Source: Eledone cirrhosa
Lineage: Eukaryota
NCBI GenBank assembly: GCA_964016885.1
Contig: OZ024743.1
Span: 244,714,001-244,778,000, forward strand
DNA length: 64,000 bases
Direction of reading: 5' to 3'
The notes beneath the pieces were generated by a model that had not been told where the DNA came from, made no database searches, and saw only the letters and a program-made list of their open reading frames with translations. Position 1 is the stretch's first letter. The number at the start of each line of letters is the position of its first letter. A program made the position numbers and the translations under genes. This document shows, in pieces, positions 15,901-31,400 of the stretch.

Positions 15901-18900
15901 CAGCACCACTACCTCCAACACCACCAGCACCACTACTGCCAACACCACCAGCACCACTACCGCCAACACCACCAGCACCACTACCTCCAACCCCACCAGC
16001 ACCACTACCGCCAATACCACGAGCACCACTACCTCCAACACCACCAGCACCACTACTGCCAATACCACCAGCACCACTACCTCCAACACCACCAGCACCA
16101 CTACCGCCAATACCACCAGCACCACTACCTCCAATACCACCAGCACCACTACCTCCAACACCACCAGCACCACTACCGCCAATACCACCAGCACCACTAC
16201 CTCCAACACCACCAGCACCACTACCGCCACTACCACCAGCACCACTACCGCCAATACCACCAGCACCAACACCACCAGCACCACTACCGCCAACACCACC
16301 AGCACCACTACTGCCAACACCACCAGCACCACTACCGTCAACACCACCAGCACCACTACCGCCAATACCACCAGCACCACTACCTCCAACACCACCAGCA
16401 CCACTACCGCCACTACCACCAGCAGCACTACCTCCAATACCACCAGCACCACTACCACCAGCACCACCAGCACCACTACCTCCAACACCACCAGCACCAC
16501 TACCGCCAACACCACCAGCACCACTACCTCCAACACCACCAGCACCACTACCGCCAACACCACCAGCACCACTACCACCAGCACCACTACCGCCAATACC
16601 ACCAGCACCACCAGCACCACTACCACCAGCACCACTACCGCCAACACCACCAGCACAACTACCGCCACTACCACCAGCACCACTACCTCCAACACCACCA
16701 GCACCACTACCGCCAACACCACCAGCACCACTACCACCACTACCACCAGCACCACTACCACCAGCACCACCAGCACCAGTACCGCCAATACCACCAGCAC
16801 CACTACCGCCAATACCACCAGCACCACTACCGCCAATACCACCAGCACCACTACCGACAACACCACCAGCACCACTACCGCCAACACCACCAGCACCACT
16901 ACCGCCAATACCACCAGCACCACTACCACCAGCACCACTACCGCCAACACCACCAGCACCACTACCGCCAACACCACCAGCACCACTACCGCCAATACCA
17001 CCAGCACCACTACCACCAGCACCACCAGCACCACTACCGCCAATACCACCAGCACCACTACCGCCAATACCACCAGCACCACTACCACCAGCACCACTAC
17101 CGCCAACACCACCAGCACCACTACCGCCAATACCACCAGCACCACTACCACCAGCACCACTACCGCCAACACCACCAGCACCACTACCGCCAACACCACC
17201 AGCGCCACTACCGCCAATACCACCAGCACCACTACCACCAGCACCACTACCGCCAACACCACCAGCACCACTACCGCCACTACCACCAGCACCACTACCT
17301 CCAACACCACCAGCACCACTACCGCCAACACCACCAGCACCACTACCGCCAACACCACCAGCACCACTACCGCCAACACCACCAGCACCACTACCGCCAA
17401 TACCACCAGCACCACTACCACCAGCACCACTACCGCCAACACCACCAGCACCACTACCGCCAATACCACCAGCACCACTACCACCAGCACCACTACCGCC
17501 AACACCACCAGCACCACTACCGCCAACACCACCAGCGCCACTACCGCCAATACCACCAGCACCACTACCACCAGCACCACTACCGCCAACACCACCAGCA
17601 CCACTACCGCCACTACCACCAGCACCACTACCTCCAACACCACCAGCACCACTACCGCCAACACCACCAGCACCACTACCGCCAACACCACCAGCACCAC
17701 TACCGCCAACACCACCAGCGCCACTACCGCCAATACCACCAGCACCACTACCACCAGCACCACTACCTCCAACACCACCAGCACCACTACCGCCAACACC
17801 ACCAGCACCACTACCGCCAACACCACCAGCACCACTACCGCCAACACCACCAGCACCACTACCGCCAATACCACCAGCACCACTACCACGAGCACCACTA
17901 CCGCCAACACCACCAGCACCACTACCGCCAACACCATCAGCACCACTACCGCCAACACCACCAGCACCACTACCGCCAATACCACCAGCACCACTACCAC
18001 CAGCACCACTACCGCCACTACCACCAGCACCACTACCTCCAACACCACCAGCACCACTACCGCCAACACCACCAGCACCACTACCGCCAACACCACCAGC
18101 ACCACTACCGCCAACACCACCAGCACCACTACCGCCAATACCACCAGCACCACTACCACCAGCACCACTACCGCCAACACCACCAGCACCACTACCGCCA
18201 ACACCACCAGCACCACTACCGCCAACACCACCAGCACCACTACCGCCAACACCACCAGCACCACTACCGCCAATACCACCAGCACCACTACCTCCAACAC
18301 CACCAGCACCACTACCGCCAATACCACCAGCACCACTACCACCAGCACCACTACCGCCAACACCACCAGCACCACTACCGCCAATACCACCAGCACCACT
18401 ACCGCCAACACCACCAGCACCACTACCTCCAACACCACCAGCACCACTACCGCCAATACCACCAGCACCACTACCGCCAACACCACCAGCACCACTACCG
18501 CCAACACCACCAGCACCACTACCGCCAATACCACCAGCACCACTACCGCCAATACCACCAGCACCACTACCACCAGCACCACTACCGCCAACACCACCAG
18601 CACCACTACCGCCAATACCACCAGCACCACTACCGCCAACACCACCAGCACCACTACCTCCAATACCACCAGCACCACTACCGCCAACACCACCAGCACC
18701 ACTACCTCCAACACCACCAGCACCACTACCGCCAACACCACCAGCACCACTACCGCCAACACCACCAGCACCACTACCTCCAATACCACCAGCACCACTA
18801 CCGCCAACACCACCAGCACCACTACCGCCAATACCACCAGCACCACTACCGCCAACACCACCAGCACCACTACCTCCAACACCACCAGCACCACTACCGC

Positions 18901-19682
18901 CAATACCACCATCACCACTACCGCCAACACCACCAGCACCACTACCTCCAATACCACCAGCACCACTACCGCCAACACCACCAGCACCACTACCGCCAAT
19001 ACCACCAGCACCACTACCACCAGCACCACTACCGCCAACACCACCAGCACCACTACCTCCAACACCACCAGCGCCACTACCACCAGCACCACTACCGCCA
19101 ATACCACCAGCACCACTACCACCAGCACCACTACTGCCAACACCACCAGCACCACTACCGCCAATACCACCAGCACCACTACCGCCAACACCACCAGCAC
19201 CACTACCTCCAACACCACCAGCACCACTACCGCCAACACCACCAGCACCACTACCGCCAACACCACCAGCACCACTACCTCCAATACCACCAGCACCACT
19301 ACCGCCAACACCACCAGCACCACTACCGCCAACACCACCAGCACCACTACCGCCAACACCACCAGCACCACTACCTCCAACACCACCAGCACCACTACTG
19401 CCAACACCACCAGCACCACTACTGCCAACACCACCAGCACCACTACTGCCAACACCACCAGCACCACTACCGCCAACACCACCAGCACCACTACCTCCAA
19501 CACCACCAGCACCACTACCGCCAATACCACCAGCACCACTACCTCCAACACCACCAGCACCACTACCTCCAACACCACCAGCACCACTACCTCCAACACC
19601 ACCAGCACCACTACCTCCAACACCACCAGCACCACTACCGCCAACACCACCAGCACCACTACCGCCAATACCACCAGCACCA
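3965..19682. repeat. Second higher-order repeat family (about 7.5 kb and 6.9 kb copies plus a 1.33-kb partial copy) carrying frameshifts
   Basis: ORF-track peptides 3965..5653 and 12803..14491 are near-identical, as are 5632..11493 and 14470..19704 apart from block deletions. Bases 1-3964 match about 7175-11471. Confidence 0.9.
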
Positions 19683-22484
19683 CTACTGCCAACACCACCA
19701 GCACACCACTACCTCCAATACCACCAGCACCACTACCGCCAATACCACCAGCACCACTACTGCCAACACCACCAGCACCACTACCTCCAACACCACCAGC
19801 ACCACTACCTCCAACACCACCAGCACCACTACTGCCAACACCACCAGCACCACTACCGCCAACACCACCAGCACCACTACCGCCAACACCACCAGCACCA
19901 CTACCGCCAACACCACCAGCACCACTACCGCCAACACCATCAGCACCACTACCTCCAACACCACCAGCACCACAACCTCCAATACCACCAGCACCACTAC
20001 CACCACTACCGCCAACACCACCAGCACCACTACCTCCAACACCACCAGCACCACTACCTCCAACACCACCAGCACCACTACCGCCAACACCACCAGCACC
20101 ACTACCGCCAACACCACCAGCACCACTACCGCCAACACCACCAGCACCACTACCGCCAATACCACCAGCACCACTACCGCCAATACCACCAGCACCACCA
20201 GCACCACTACCACCAGCACCACTACCTCCAACACCACCAGCACCACTACCGCCAACACCACCAGCACCACTACCGTCAACACCACCAGCACCACTACCGC
20301 CAACACCACCAGCACCACTACCGCCAACACCACCTGCACCACTACCGCCAACACCACCAGCACCACTACCTCCAACACCACCAGCACCACTACCGCCAAC
20401 ACCACCAGCACCACTACCTCCAACACCACCAGCACCACTACCGCCAATACCACCAGCACCACTACCTCCAACACCACCAGCACCACTACCTCCAACACCA
20501 CCAGCACCACTACCTCCAACACCACCAGCACCACTACCGCCAATACCACCAGCACCACTACCTCCAACACCACCAGCACCACTACCTCCAACACCACCTG
20601 CACCACTACCGCCAACACCACCAGCACCACTACCGTCAACACCACCAGCACCACTACCTCCAACACCACCAGCACCACTACTGCCAACACCACCAGCACC
20701 ACTACCGCCAACACCACCAGCACCACTACCGCCAACACCACCAGCACCACTACCGCCAACACCACCAGCACCACTACCGCCAATACCACCAGCACCACTA
20801 CCACCAGCACCACTACCGCCAACACCAACAGCACCACTACCGCAAACACCACCAGCACCACTACCGCCAACACCACCAGCACCACTACCGCCAATACCAC
20901 CAGCACCACTACCACCAGCACCACTACCGCCAACACCACCAGCACCACAACCGCCAACACCACCAGCACCACTACCGCCAACACCACCAGCACCACTACC
21001 GCCAACACCACCAGCACCACTACCGCCAACACCACCAGCACCACTACCGCCAATACCACCAGCACCACTACCTCCAACACCACCAGCACCACTACCGCCA
21101 ATACCACCAGCACCACTACCACCAGCACCACTACCGCCAACACCACCAGCACCACTACCGCCAATACCACCAGCACCACTACCGCCAACACCACCAGCAC
21201 CACTACCTCCAACACCACCAGCACCACTACCGCCAATACCACCAGCACCACTACCGCCAACACCACCAGCACCACTACCGCCAACACCACCAGCACCACT
21301 ACCGCCAATACCACCAGCACCACTACCGCCAATACCACCAGCACCACTACCACCAGCACCACTACCGCCAACACCACCAGCACCACTACCGCCAATACCA
21401 CCAGCACCACTACCGCCAACACCACCAGCACCACTACCTCCAATACCACCAGCACCACTACCGCCAACACCACCAGCACCACTACCTCCAACACCACCAG
21501 CACCACTACCGCCAACACCACCAGCACCACTACCGCCAACACCACCAGCACCACTACCTCCAATACCACCAGCACCACTACCGCCAACACCACCAGCACC
21601 ACTACCGCCAATACCACCAGCACCACTACCGCCAACACCACCAGCACCACTACCTCCAACACCACCAGCACCACTACCGCCAATACCACCATCACCACTA
21701 CCGCCAACACCACCAGCACCACTACCTCCAATACCACCAGCACCACTACCGCCAACACCACCAGCACCACTACCGCCAATACCACCAGCACCACTACCAC
21801 CAGCACCACTACCGCCAACACCACCAGCACCACTACCTCCAACACCACCAGCGCCACTACCACCAGCACCACTACCGCCAATACCACCAACACCACTACC
21901 ACCAGCACCACTACTGCCAACACCACCAGCACCACTACCGCCAATACCACCAGCACCACTACCGCCAACACCACCAGCACCACTACCTCCAACACCACCA
22001 GCACCACTACCGCCAACACCACCAGCACCACTACCGCCAACACCACCAGCACCACTACCTCCAATACCACCAGCACCACTACCGCCAACACCACCAGCAC
22101 CACTACCGCCAACACCACCAGCACCACTACCGCCAACACCACCAGCACCACTACCTCCAACACCACCAGCACCACTACTGCCAACACCACCAGCACCACT
22201 ACTGCCAACACCACCAGCACCACTACTGCCAACACCACCAGCACCACTACCGCCAACACCACCAGCACCACTACCTCCAACACCACCAGCACCACTACCG
22301 CCAATACCACCAGCACCACTACCTCCAACACCACCAGCACCACTACCTCCAACACCACCAGCACCACTACCTCCAACACCACCAGCACCACTACCTCCAA
22401 CACCACCAGCACCACTACCGCCAACACCACCAGCACCACTACCGCCAATACCACCAGCACCACTACTGCCAACACCACCAGCAC

Positions 22485-25400
22485 ACCACTACCTCCAATA
22501 CCACCAGCACCACTACCGCCAATACCACCAGCACCACTACTGCCAACACCACCAGCACCACTACCTCCAACACCACCAGCACCACTACCTCCAACACCAC
22601 CAGCACCACTACTGCCAACACCACCAGCACCACTACCGCCAACACCACCAGCACCACTACCGCCAACACCACCAGCACCACTACCGCCAACACCACCAGC
22701 ACCACTACCGCCAACACCATCAGCACCACTACCTCCAACACCACCAGCACCACTACCTCCAATACCACCAGCACCACTACCACCACTACCGCCAACACCA
22801 CCAGCACCACTACCTCCAACACCACCAGCACCACTACCTCCAACACCACCAGCACCACTACCGCCAACACCACCAGCACCACTACCGCCAACACCACCAG
22901 CACCACTACCGCCAACACCACCAGCACCACTACCGCCAATACCACCAGCACCACTACCGCCAATACCACCAGCACCACCAGCACCACTACCACCAGCACC
23001 ACTACCTCCAACACCACCAGCACCACTACCGCCAACACCACCAGCACCACTACCGTCAACACCACCAGCACCACTACCGCCAACACCACCAGCACCACTA
23101 CCGCCAACACCACCTGCACCACTACCGCCAACACCACCAGCACCACTACCTCCAACACCACCAGCACCACTACCGCCAACACCACCAGCACCACTACCTC
23201 CAACACCACCAGCACCACTACCGCCAATACCACCAGCACCACTACCTCCAACACCACCAGCACCACTACCTCCAACACCACCAGCACCACTACCTCCAAC
23301 ACCACCAGCACCACTACCGCCAATACCACCAGCACCACTACCTCCAACACCACCAGCACCACTACCTCCAACACCACCTGCACCACTACCGCCAACACCA
23401 CCAGCACCACTACCTCCAACACCACCAGCACCACTACCTCCAACACCACCAGCACCACTACCGCCAACACCACCAGCACCACTACCGTCAACACCACCAG
23501 CACCACTACCTCCAACACCACCAGCACCACTACTGCCAACACCACCAGCACCACTACCGCCAACACCACCAGCACCACTACCTCCAACACCACCAGCACC
23601 ACTACCTCCAACACCACCAGCACCACTACCTCCAACACCACCAGCACCACTACCGCCAACACCACCAGCACCACTACCGCCAACACCACCAGCACCACTA
23701 CCTCCAACACCACCAGCACCACTACCTCCAACACCACCAGCACCACTACCGCCAACACCACCAGCACCACTACCGCCAACACCACCATCACCACTACCTC
23801 CAACACCACCAGCACCACTACCTCCAACACCACCAGCACCACTACCTCCAACACCACCAGCACCACTACCTCCAACACCACCAGCACCACTACCGCCAAC
23901 ACCACCAGCACCACTACCGTCAACACCACCAGCACCACTACCTCCAACACCACCAGCACCACTACCTCCAACACCACCAGCACTACTACCGCCAACACCA
24001 CCAGCACCACTACCGCCAACACCACCAGCACCACTACCGCCAACACCACCAGCACCACTACCTCCAACACCACCACCAGCACCACTACCTCCAACACCAC
24101 CACCAGCACCACTACCGCCAACACCACCAGCACCACTACCGCCAATACCACCAGCACCACTACCGCCAATACCACCAGCACCACCAGCACCACTACCACC
24201 AGCACCACTACCACCAGCACCACTACCGCCAACACCACCAGCACCACTACCGCCACTACCACCAGCACCACTACCGCCAACACCACCAGCACCACTACCG
24301 CCAACACCACCAGCACCACTACCTCCAACACCACCACCAGCACCACTACCGCCAACACCACCAGCACCACTACCTCCAACACCACCAGCACCACTACCGC
24401 CACTACCGCCAACACCACCAGCACCACTACCGCCAATACCACCAGCACCACTACCGCCAACACCACCAGCACCACTACCGCCACTACCACCAGCACCACT
24501 ACCGCCAACACCACCACCAGCACCACTACCGCCAACACCACCAGCACCACTACCTCCAACACCACCACCAGCACCACTACCGCCAACACCACCAGCACCA
24601 CTACCTCCAACACCACCAGCACCACTACCGCCAACACCACCACCAGCACCACTACCGCCAACACCACCAGCACCACTACCTCCAACACCACCACCAGCAA
24701 CACTACCGCCAACACCACCAGCACCACTACCGCCAACACCACCACCAGCACCACTACAGCCAACACCACCAGCACCACTACCGCCAATACCACCAGCACC
24801 ACTACCGCCAGCACCACTACCGCCAATACCACCAGCACCACTACCGCCAGCACCACTACCGCCAATACCACCAGCACCACTACCGCCAACACCACCAGCA
24901 CCACTACCGCCAATACCACCAGCACCACTACCGCCAATACCACCAGCACCACTACCGCCACTACCACCAGCACCACTACCTCCAACACCACCAGCACCAC
25001 TACCGCCAATACCATCAGCACCACTACCTCCAATACCACCAGCACCACTACCGCCAACACCACCAGCACCACTACCGCCACTACCATCAGCACCACTACC
25101 TCCAACACCACCAGCACCACTACCTCCAATACCACCAGCACCACTACCGCCAATACCACCAGCACCACTACCTCCAATACCACCAGCACCACTACCGCCA
25201 ACACCACCAGCACCACTACCTCCAATACCACCAGCACCACTACCGCCAATACCACCAGCACCAATACCGCCAATACCACCAGCACCACTACCGCCAATAC
25301 CACCAGCACCACTACCGCCAGCACCACTACCGCCAATACCACCAGCACCACTACCGCCAGCACCACTACCGCCAATACCACCAGCACCACTACCGCCAAC

Positions 25401-28400
25401 ACCACCAGCACCACTACCGCCAATACCACCAGCACCACTACCTCCAACACCACCAGCACCACTACCGCCAATACCACCAGCACCACTACCTCCAATACCA
25501 CCAGCACCACTACCTCCAATACCACTAGCACCACTACCGCCAACACCACCAGCACCACTACCGCCAACACCACCAGCACCACTACCGCCAATACCACCAG
25601 CACCACTACCGCCACTACCACCAGCATCACTACCGCCAATACCACCAGCACCACTACCTCCAACACCACTAGCACCACTACCGCCAATACCACCAGCACC
25701 ACTACCGCCAATACCACCAGCACCACTACCTCCAACACCACTAGCACCACTACCGCCAATACCACCAGCACCACTACCGCCACTACCACCAGCACCACTA
25801 CCGCCAATACCACCAGCACCACTACCTCCAACACCACTAGCACCACTACCGCCAATACCACCAGCACCACTACCGCCAACACCACCAGCACCACTACTGC
25901 CACTACCACCAGCACCACTACCTCCAACACCATTAGCACCACTACCGCCACTACCACCAGCACCACTACCGCCAATACCACCAGCACCACTACCGCCAAT
26001 ACCACCAGCACCACTACCTCCAACACCACAAGCACCACTACTGCCAACACCACCAGCACCACTACCGCCAATACCACCAGCACCACTACCGCCAATACCA
26101 CGAGCACCACTACCTCCAACACCACCAGCACCACTACTGCCAACACCACCAGCACCACTACCGCCAATACCACCAGCACCACTACCGCCAATACCACCAG
26201 CACCACTACCTCCAACACCACAAGCACCACTACTGCCAACACCACCAGCACCACTACCGCCAACACCACCAGCACCACTACCGCCAATACCACCAGCACC
26301 ACTACCACCAACACCACCAGCACCACTACCTCCAACACCACCAGCACCACTACCGCCAACACCACCAGCACCACTACCGCCAATACCACCAGCACCACTA
26401 CCTCCAACACCACCAGCACCACTACTGCCAACACCACCAGCACCACTACCGCCAACACCACCAGCACCACTACCTCCAACCCCACCAGCACCACTACCGC
26501 CAATACCACGAGCACCACTACCTCCAACACCACCAGCACCACTACTGCCAATACCACCAGCACCACTACCTCCAACACCACCAGCACCACTACCGCCAAT
26601 ACCACCAGCACCACTACCTCCAATACCACCAGCACCACTACCTCCAACACCACCAGCACCACTACCGCCAATACCACCAGCACCACTACCTCCAACACCA
26701 CCAGCACCACTACCGCCAATACCACCAGCACCACTACCTCCAATACCACCAGCACCACTACCTCCAACACCACCAGCACCACTACCTCCAATACCACCAG
26801 CACCACTACATCCAACACCACTAGCACCACTACCGCCACTACCACCAGCACCACTACCGCCAACACCACCAGCACCACTACTGCCACTACCACCAGCACC
26901 ACTACCTCCAACACCATTAGCACCACTACCGCCACTACCACCAGCACCACTACCGCCAACACCACCAGCACCACTACCTCCAACACCACAAGCACCACTA
27001 CCGCCAACACCACCAGCACCACTACCACCAGCACCACTACCTCCAACACCACAAGCACCACTACCTCCAACACCACCAGCACCACTACCGCCAACACCAC
27101 CAGCACCACTACTGCCACTACCACCAGCACCACTACCTCCAACACCATTAGCACCACTACCGCCAATACCACCAGCACCACTACCGCCAACACCACAAGC
27201 ACCACTACCGCCAACTCCACCAGCACCACTACCGCCAACACCACCAGCACCACTACCTCCAACACCACCAGCACCACTACTGCCAACACCACCAGCACCA
27301 CTACCGCCAATACCACCAGCACCACTACCGCCAACACCACCAGCACCACTACCGCCAATACCACCAGCACCACTACCGCCAACACCACCAGCACCACTAC
27401 CGCCAATACCACCAGCACCACTACCGCCAATACCACCAGCACTACTACCGCCAACACCACCAGCACCACTACCGCCAACACCACTAGCACCACTACCTCC
27501 AACACCACCAGCACCACTACCTCCAATACCACCAGCACCACTACCGCCAATACCACCAGCACCACTACCGCCAATACCACCAGCACTACTACCGCCAACA
27601 CCACCAGCACCACTACCTCCAACACCACCAGCACCACTACCGCCAATACCACCAGCACCACTACCTCCAATACCACCAGCACCACTACCGCCAACACCAC
27701 CAGCACCACTACCGCCAACACCACCAGCACCACTACCGCCAATACCACTAGCACCACTACCTCCAACACCACCAGCACCACTACCGCCAATACCACCAGC
27801 ACCACTACGGCCAATACCACCAGCACCACTACCGCCAATACCACCAGCACCACTACCTCCAATACCACCAGCACCACTACCGCCAACACCACCAGCACCA
27901 CTACCGCCAACACCACCAGCACCACTACCGCCAATACCACTAGCACCACTACCGCCAACACCACCAGCACCACTACCGCCAATACCACCAGCACCACTAC
28001 CGCCAATACCACCAGCACCACTACCGCCAACACCACCAGCACCACTACCTCCAATACCACCAGCACCACTACCGCCAATACCACCAGCACCACTACCGCC
28101 AACACCACCAGCACCACTACCTCCAATACCAACAGCACCACTACCGCCAACACCACCAGCCCCACTACCGCCAATACCACCAGCACCACTACCGCCAATA
28201 CCACCAGCACCATTACCGCCAATACCACCAGCACCACTACCGCCAACACCACCAGCACCACTACCGCCAACACCACCAGCACCACTACCGCCAATACCAC
28301 CAGCACCACTACCTCCAAGACCACCAGCACCACTACCGCCAACACCACCAGCACCACTACCGCCAATACCACCAGCACCACTACCGCCAACACCACCAGC

Positions 28401-31400
28401 ACCACTACCGCCAATACCACCAGCACCACTACCGCCAACACCACCAGCACCACTACCGCCAATACCACCAGCACCACTACCGCCAATACCACCAGCACCA
28501 CTACCGCCAACACCACTACCACCACTACCGCCAACACCACCAGCACCACTACCGCCAACACCACTACCACCACTACCGCCAACACCACCAGCACCACTAC
28601 CGCCAACACCACCAGCACCACTACCGCCAATACCACCAGCACCACTACCGCCAACACCACCAGCACCACTACCTCCAATACCACCAGCACCACTACCGCC
28701 AACACCACCAGCACCACTACCGCCAATACCACCAGCACCACTACCGCCAACACCACCAGCACCACTACCGCCAACACCACCAACACCACTACCGCCAACA
28801 CCACCAGCACCACTACCTCCAATACCACCAGCACCACTACCGCCAACACCACCAGCACCACTACCGCCAATACCACCAGCACCACTACCGCCAACACCAC
28901 CAGCACCACTACCGCCAATACCACCAGCACCACTACCGCCAACACCACTAGCACCACTACCGCCAACACCACTACCACCACTACCGCCAACACCACCAGC
29001 ACCACTACCGCCAACACCACCAGCACCACTACCGCCAATACCACCAGCACCACTACCGCCACTACCACCAGCACCACTACCGCCAACACCACCAGCACCA
29101 CTACCGCCACTACCACCAGCACCACTACCGCCAATACCACCAGCACCACTACCGCCAACACCACCAGCACCACTACCTCCAATACCACCAGCACCACTAC
29201 CTCCAACACCACCAGCACCACTACCGCCAATACCACCAGCACCACTACCGCCAACACCACCAGCACCACTACCTCCAACACCACCAGCACCACTACCGCC
29301 AATACCACCAGCACCACTACCGCCAATACCACCAGCACCACTACCGCCAACACCACCAGCACCACTACCTCCAATACCACCAGCACCACTACCTCCAACA
29401 CCACCAGCACCACTACCGCCAACACCACCAGCACCACTACCTCCAATACCACCAGCACCACTACCGCCAACACCACCAGCACCACTACCGCCAATACCAC
29501 CAGCACCACTACCGCCAACACCACCAGCACCACTACCGCCAATACCACCAGCACCACTACCGCCAACACCACTAGCACCACTACCGCCAACACCACTACC
29601 ACCACTACCGCCAACACCACCAGCACCACTACCGCCAACACCACCAGCACCACTACCGCCAATACCACCAGCACCACTACCGCCACTACCACCAGCACCA
29701 CTACCGCCAACACCACCAGCACCACTACCGCCACTACCACCAGCACCACTACCGCCAATACCACCAGCACCACTACCGCCAACACCACCAGCACCACTAC
29801 CTCCAATACCACCAGCACCACTACCTCCAACACCACCAGCACCACTACCGCCAATACCACCAGCACCACTACCGCCAACACCACCAGCACCACTACCTCC
29901 AACACCACCAGCACCACTACCGCCAATACCACCAGCACCACTACCGCCAATACCACCAGCACCACTACCGCCAACACCACCAGCACCACTACCTCCAATA
30001 CCACCAGCACCACTACCTCCAACACCACCAGCACCACTACCACCACTACCACCAGCACCACTACCGCCAATACCACCAGCACCACTACCGCCAACACCAC
30101 CAGCACCACTACCTCCAACACCACCAGCACCACTACCGCCAATACCACCAGCACCACTACCGCCAATACCACCAGCACCACTACCGCCAACACCACCAGC
30201 ACCACTACCGCCAATACCACCAGCACCACTACCGCCAACACCACCAGCACCACTACCTCCAACACCACTAGCACCACTACCGCCAACACCACTACCACCA
30301 CTACCGCCAACACCACCAGCACCACTACCGCCAACACCACCAGCACCACTACCGCCAATACCACCAGCACCACTACCGCCAACACCACCAACACCACTAC
30401 CTCCAACACCACCAGCACCACTACTGCCAACACCACCAGCACCACTACCGCCAACACCACCAGCACCACTACCTCCAACACCACCAGCACCACTACCTCC
30501 AACACCACCAGCACCACTACCTCCAACACCACCAGCACCACTACCTCCAATACCACCAGCACCACTACCGCCAACACCACCAGCACCACTACCTCCAACA
30601 CCACCAGCACCACTACCTCCAACACCACCAGCACCACTACCGCCAATACCACCAGCACCACTACCGCCAACACCACCAGCACCACTACCGCCAACACCAC
30701 CAGCACCACTACCGCCAATACCACCAGCACCACTACCTCCAATACCACCAGCACCACTACCGCCAACACCACCAGCACCACTACCTCCAACACCACCAGC
30801 ACCACTACCTCCAATACCACCAGCACCACTACCGCCAATACCACTATCACCACTACCTCCAACACCACCAGCACCACTACCGCCAACACCACCAGCACCA
30901 CTACCGCCAATACCACCAGCACCACTACCGCCAACACCACCAGCACCACTACCGCCAACACCACCAGCACCACTACCTCCAATACCACCAGCACCACTAC
31001 CGCCAATACCACCAGCACCACTACCGCCAACACCACCAGCACCACTACCTCCAATACCACCAGCACCACTACCTCCAACACCACCAGCACCACTACCGCC
31101 AATACCACCAGCAACACTACCGCCAACACCACCAGCACCACTACCTCCAACACCACCAGCACCACTACCGCCAATACCACCAGCACCACTACCGCCAATA
31201 CCACCAGCACCACTACCGCCAACACCACCAGCACCACTACCTCCAATACCACCAGCACCACTACCTCCAACACCACCAGCACCACTACTTCCAACACCAC
31301 CAGCACCACTACCGCCAATACCACCAGCACCACTACCGCCAACACCACCAGCACCACTACCTCCAACACCACCAGCACCACTACCGCCAATACCACCAGC

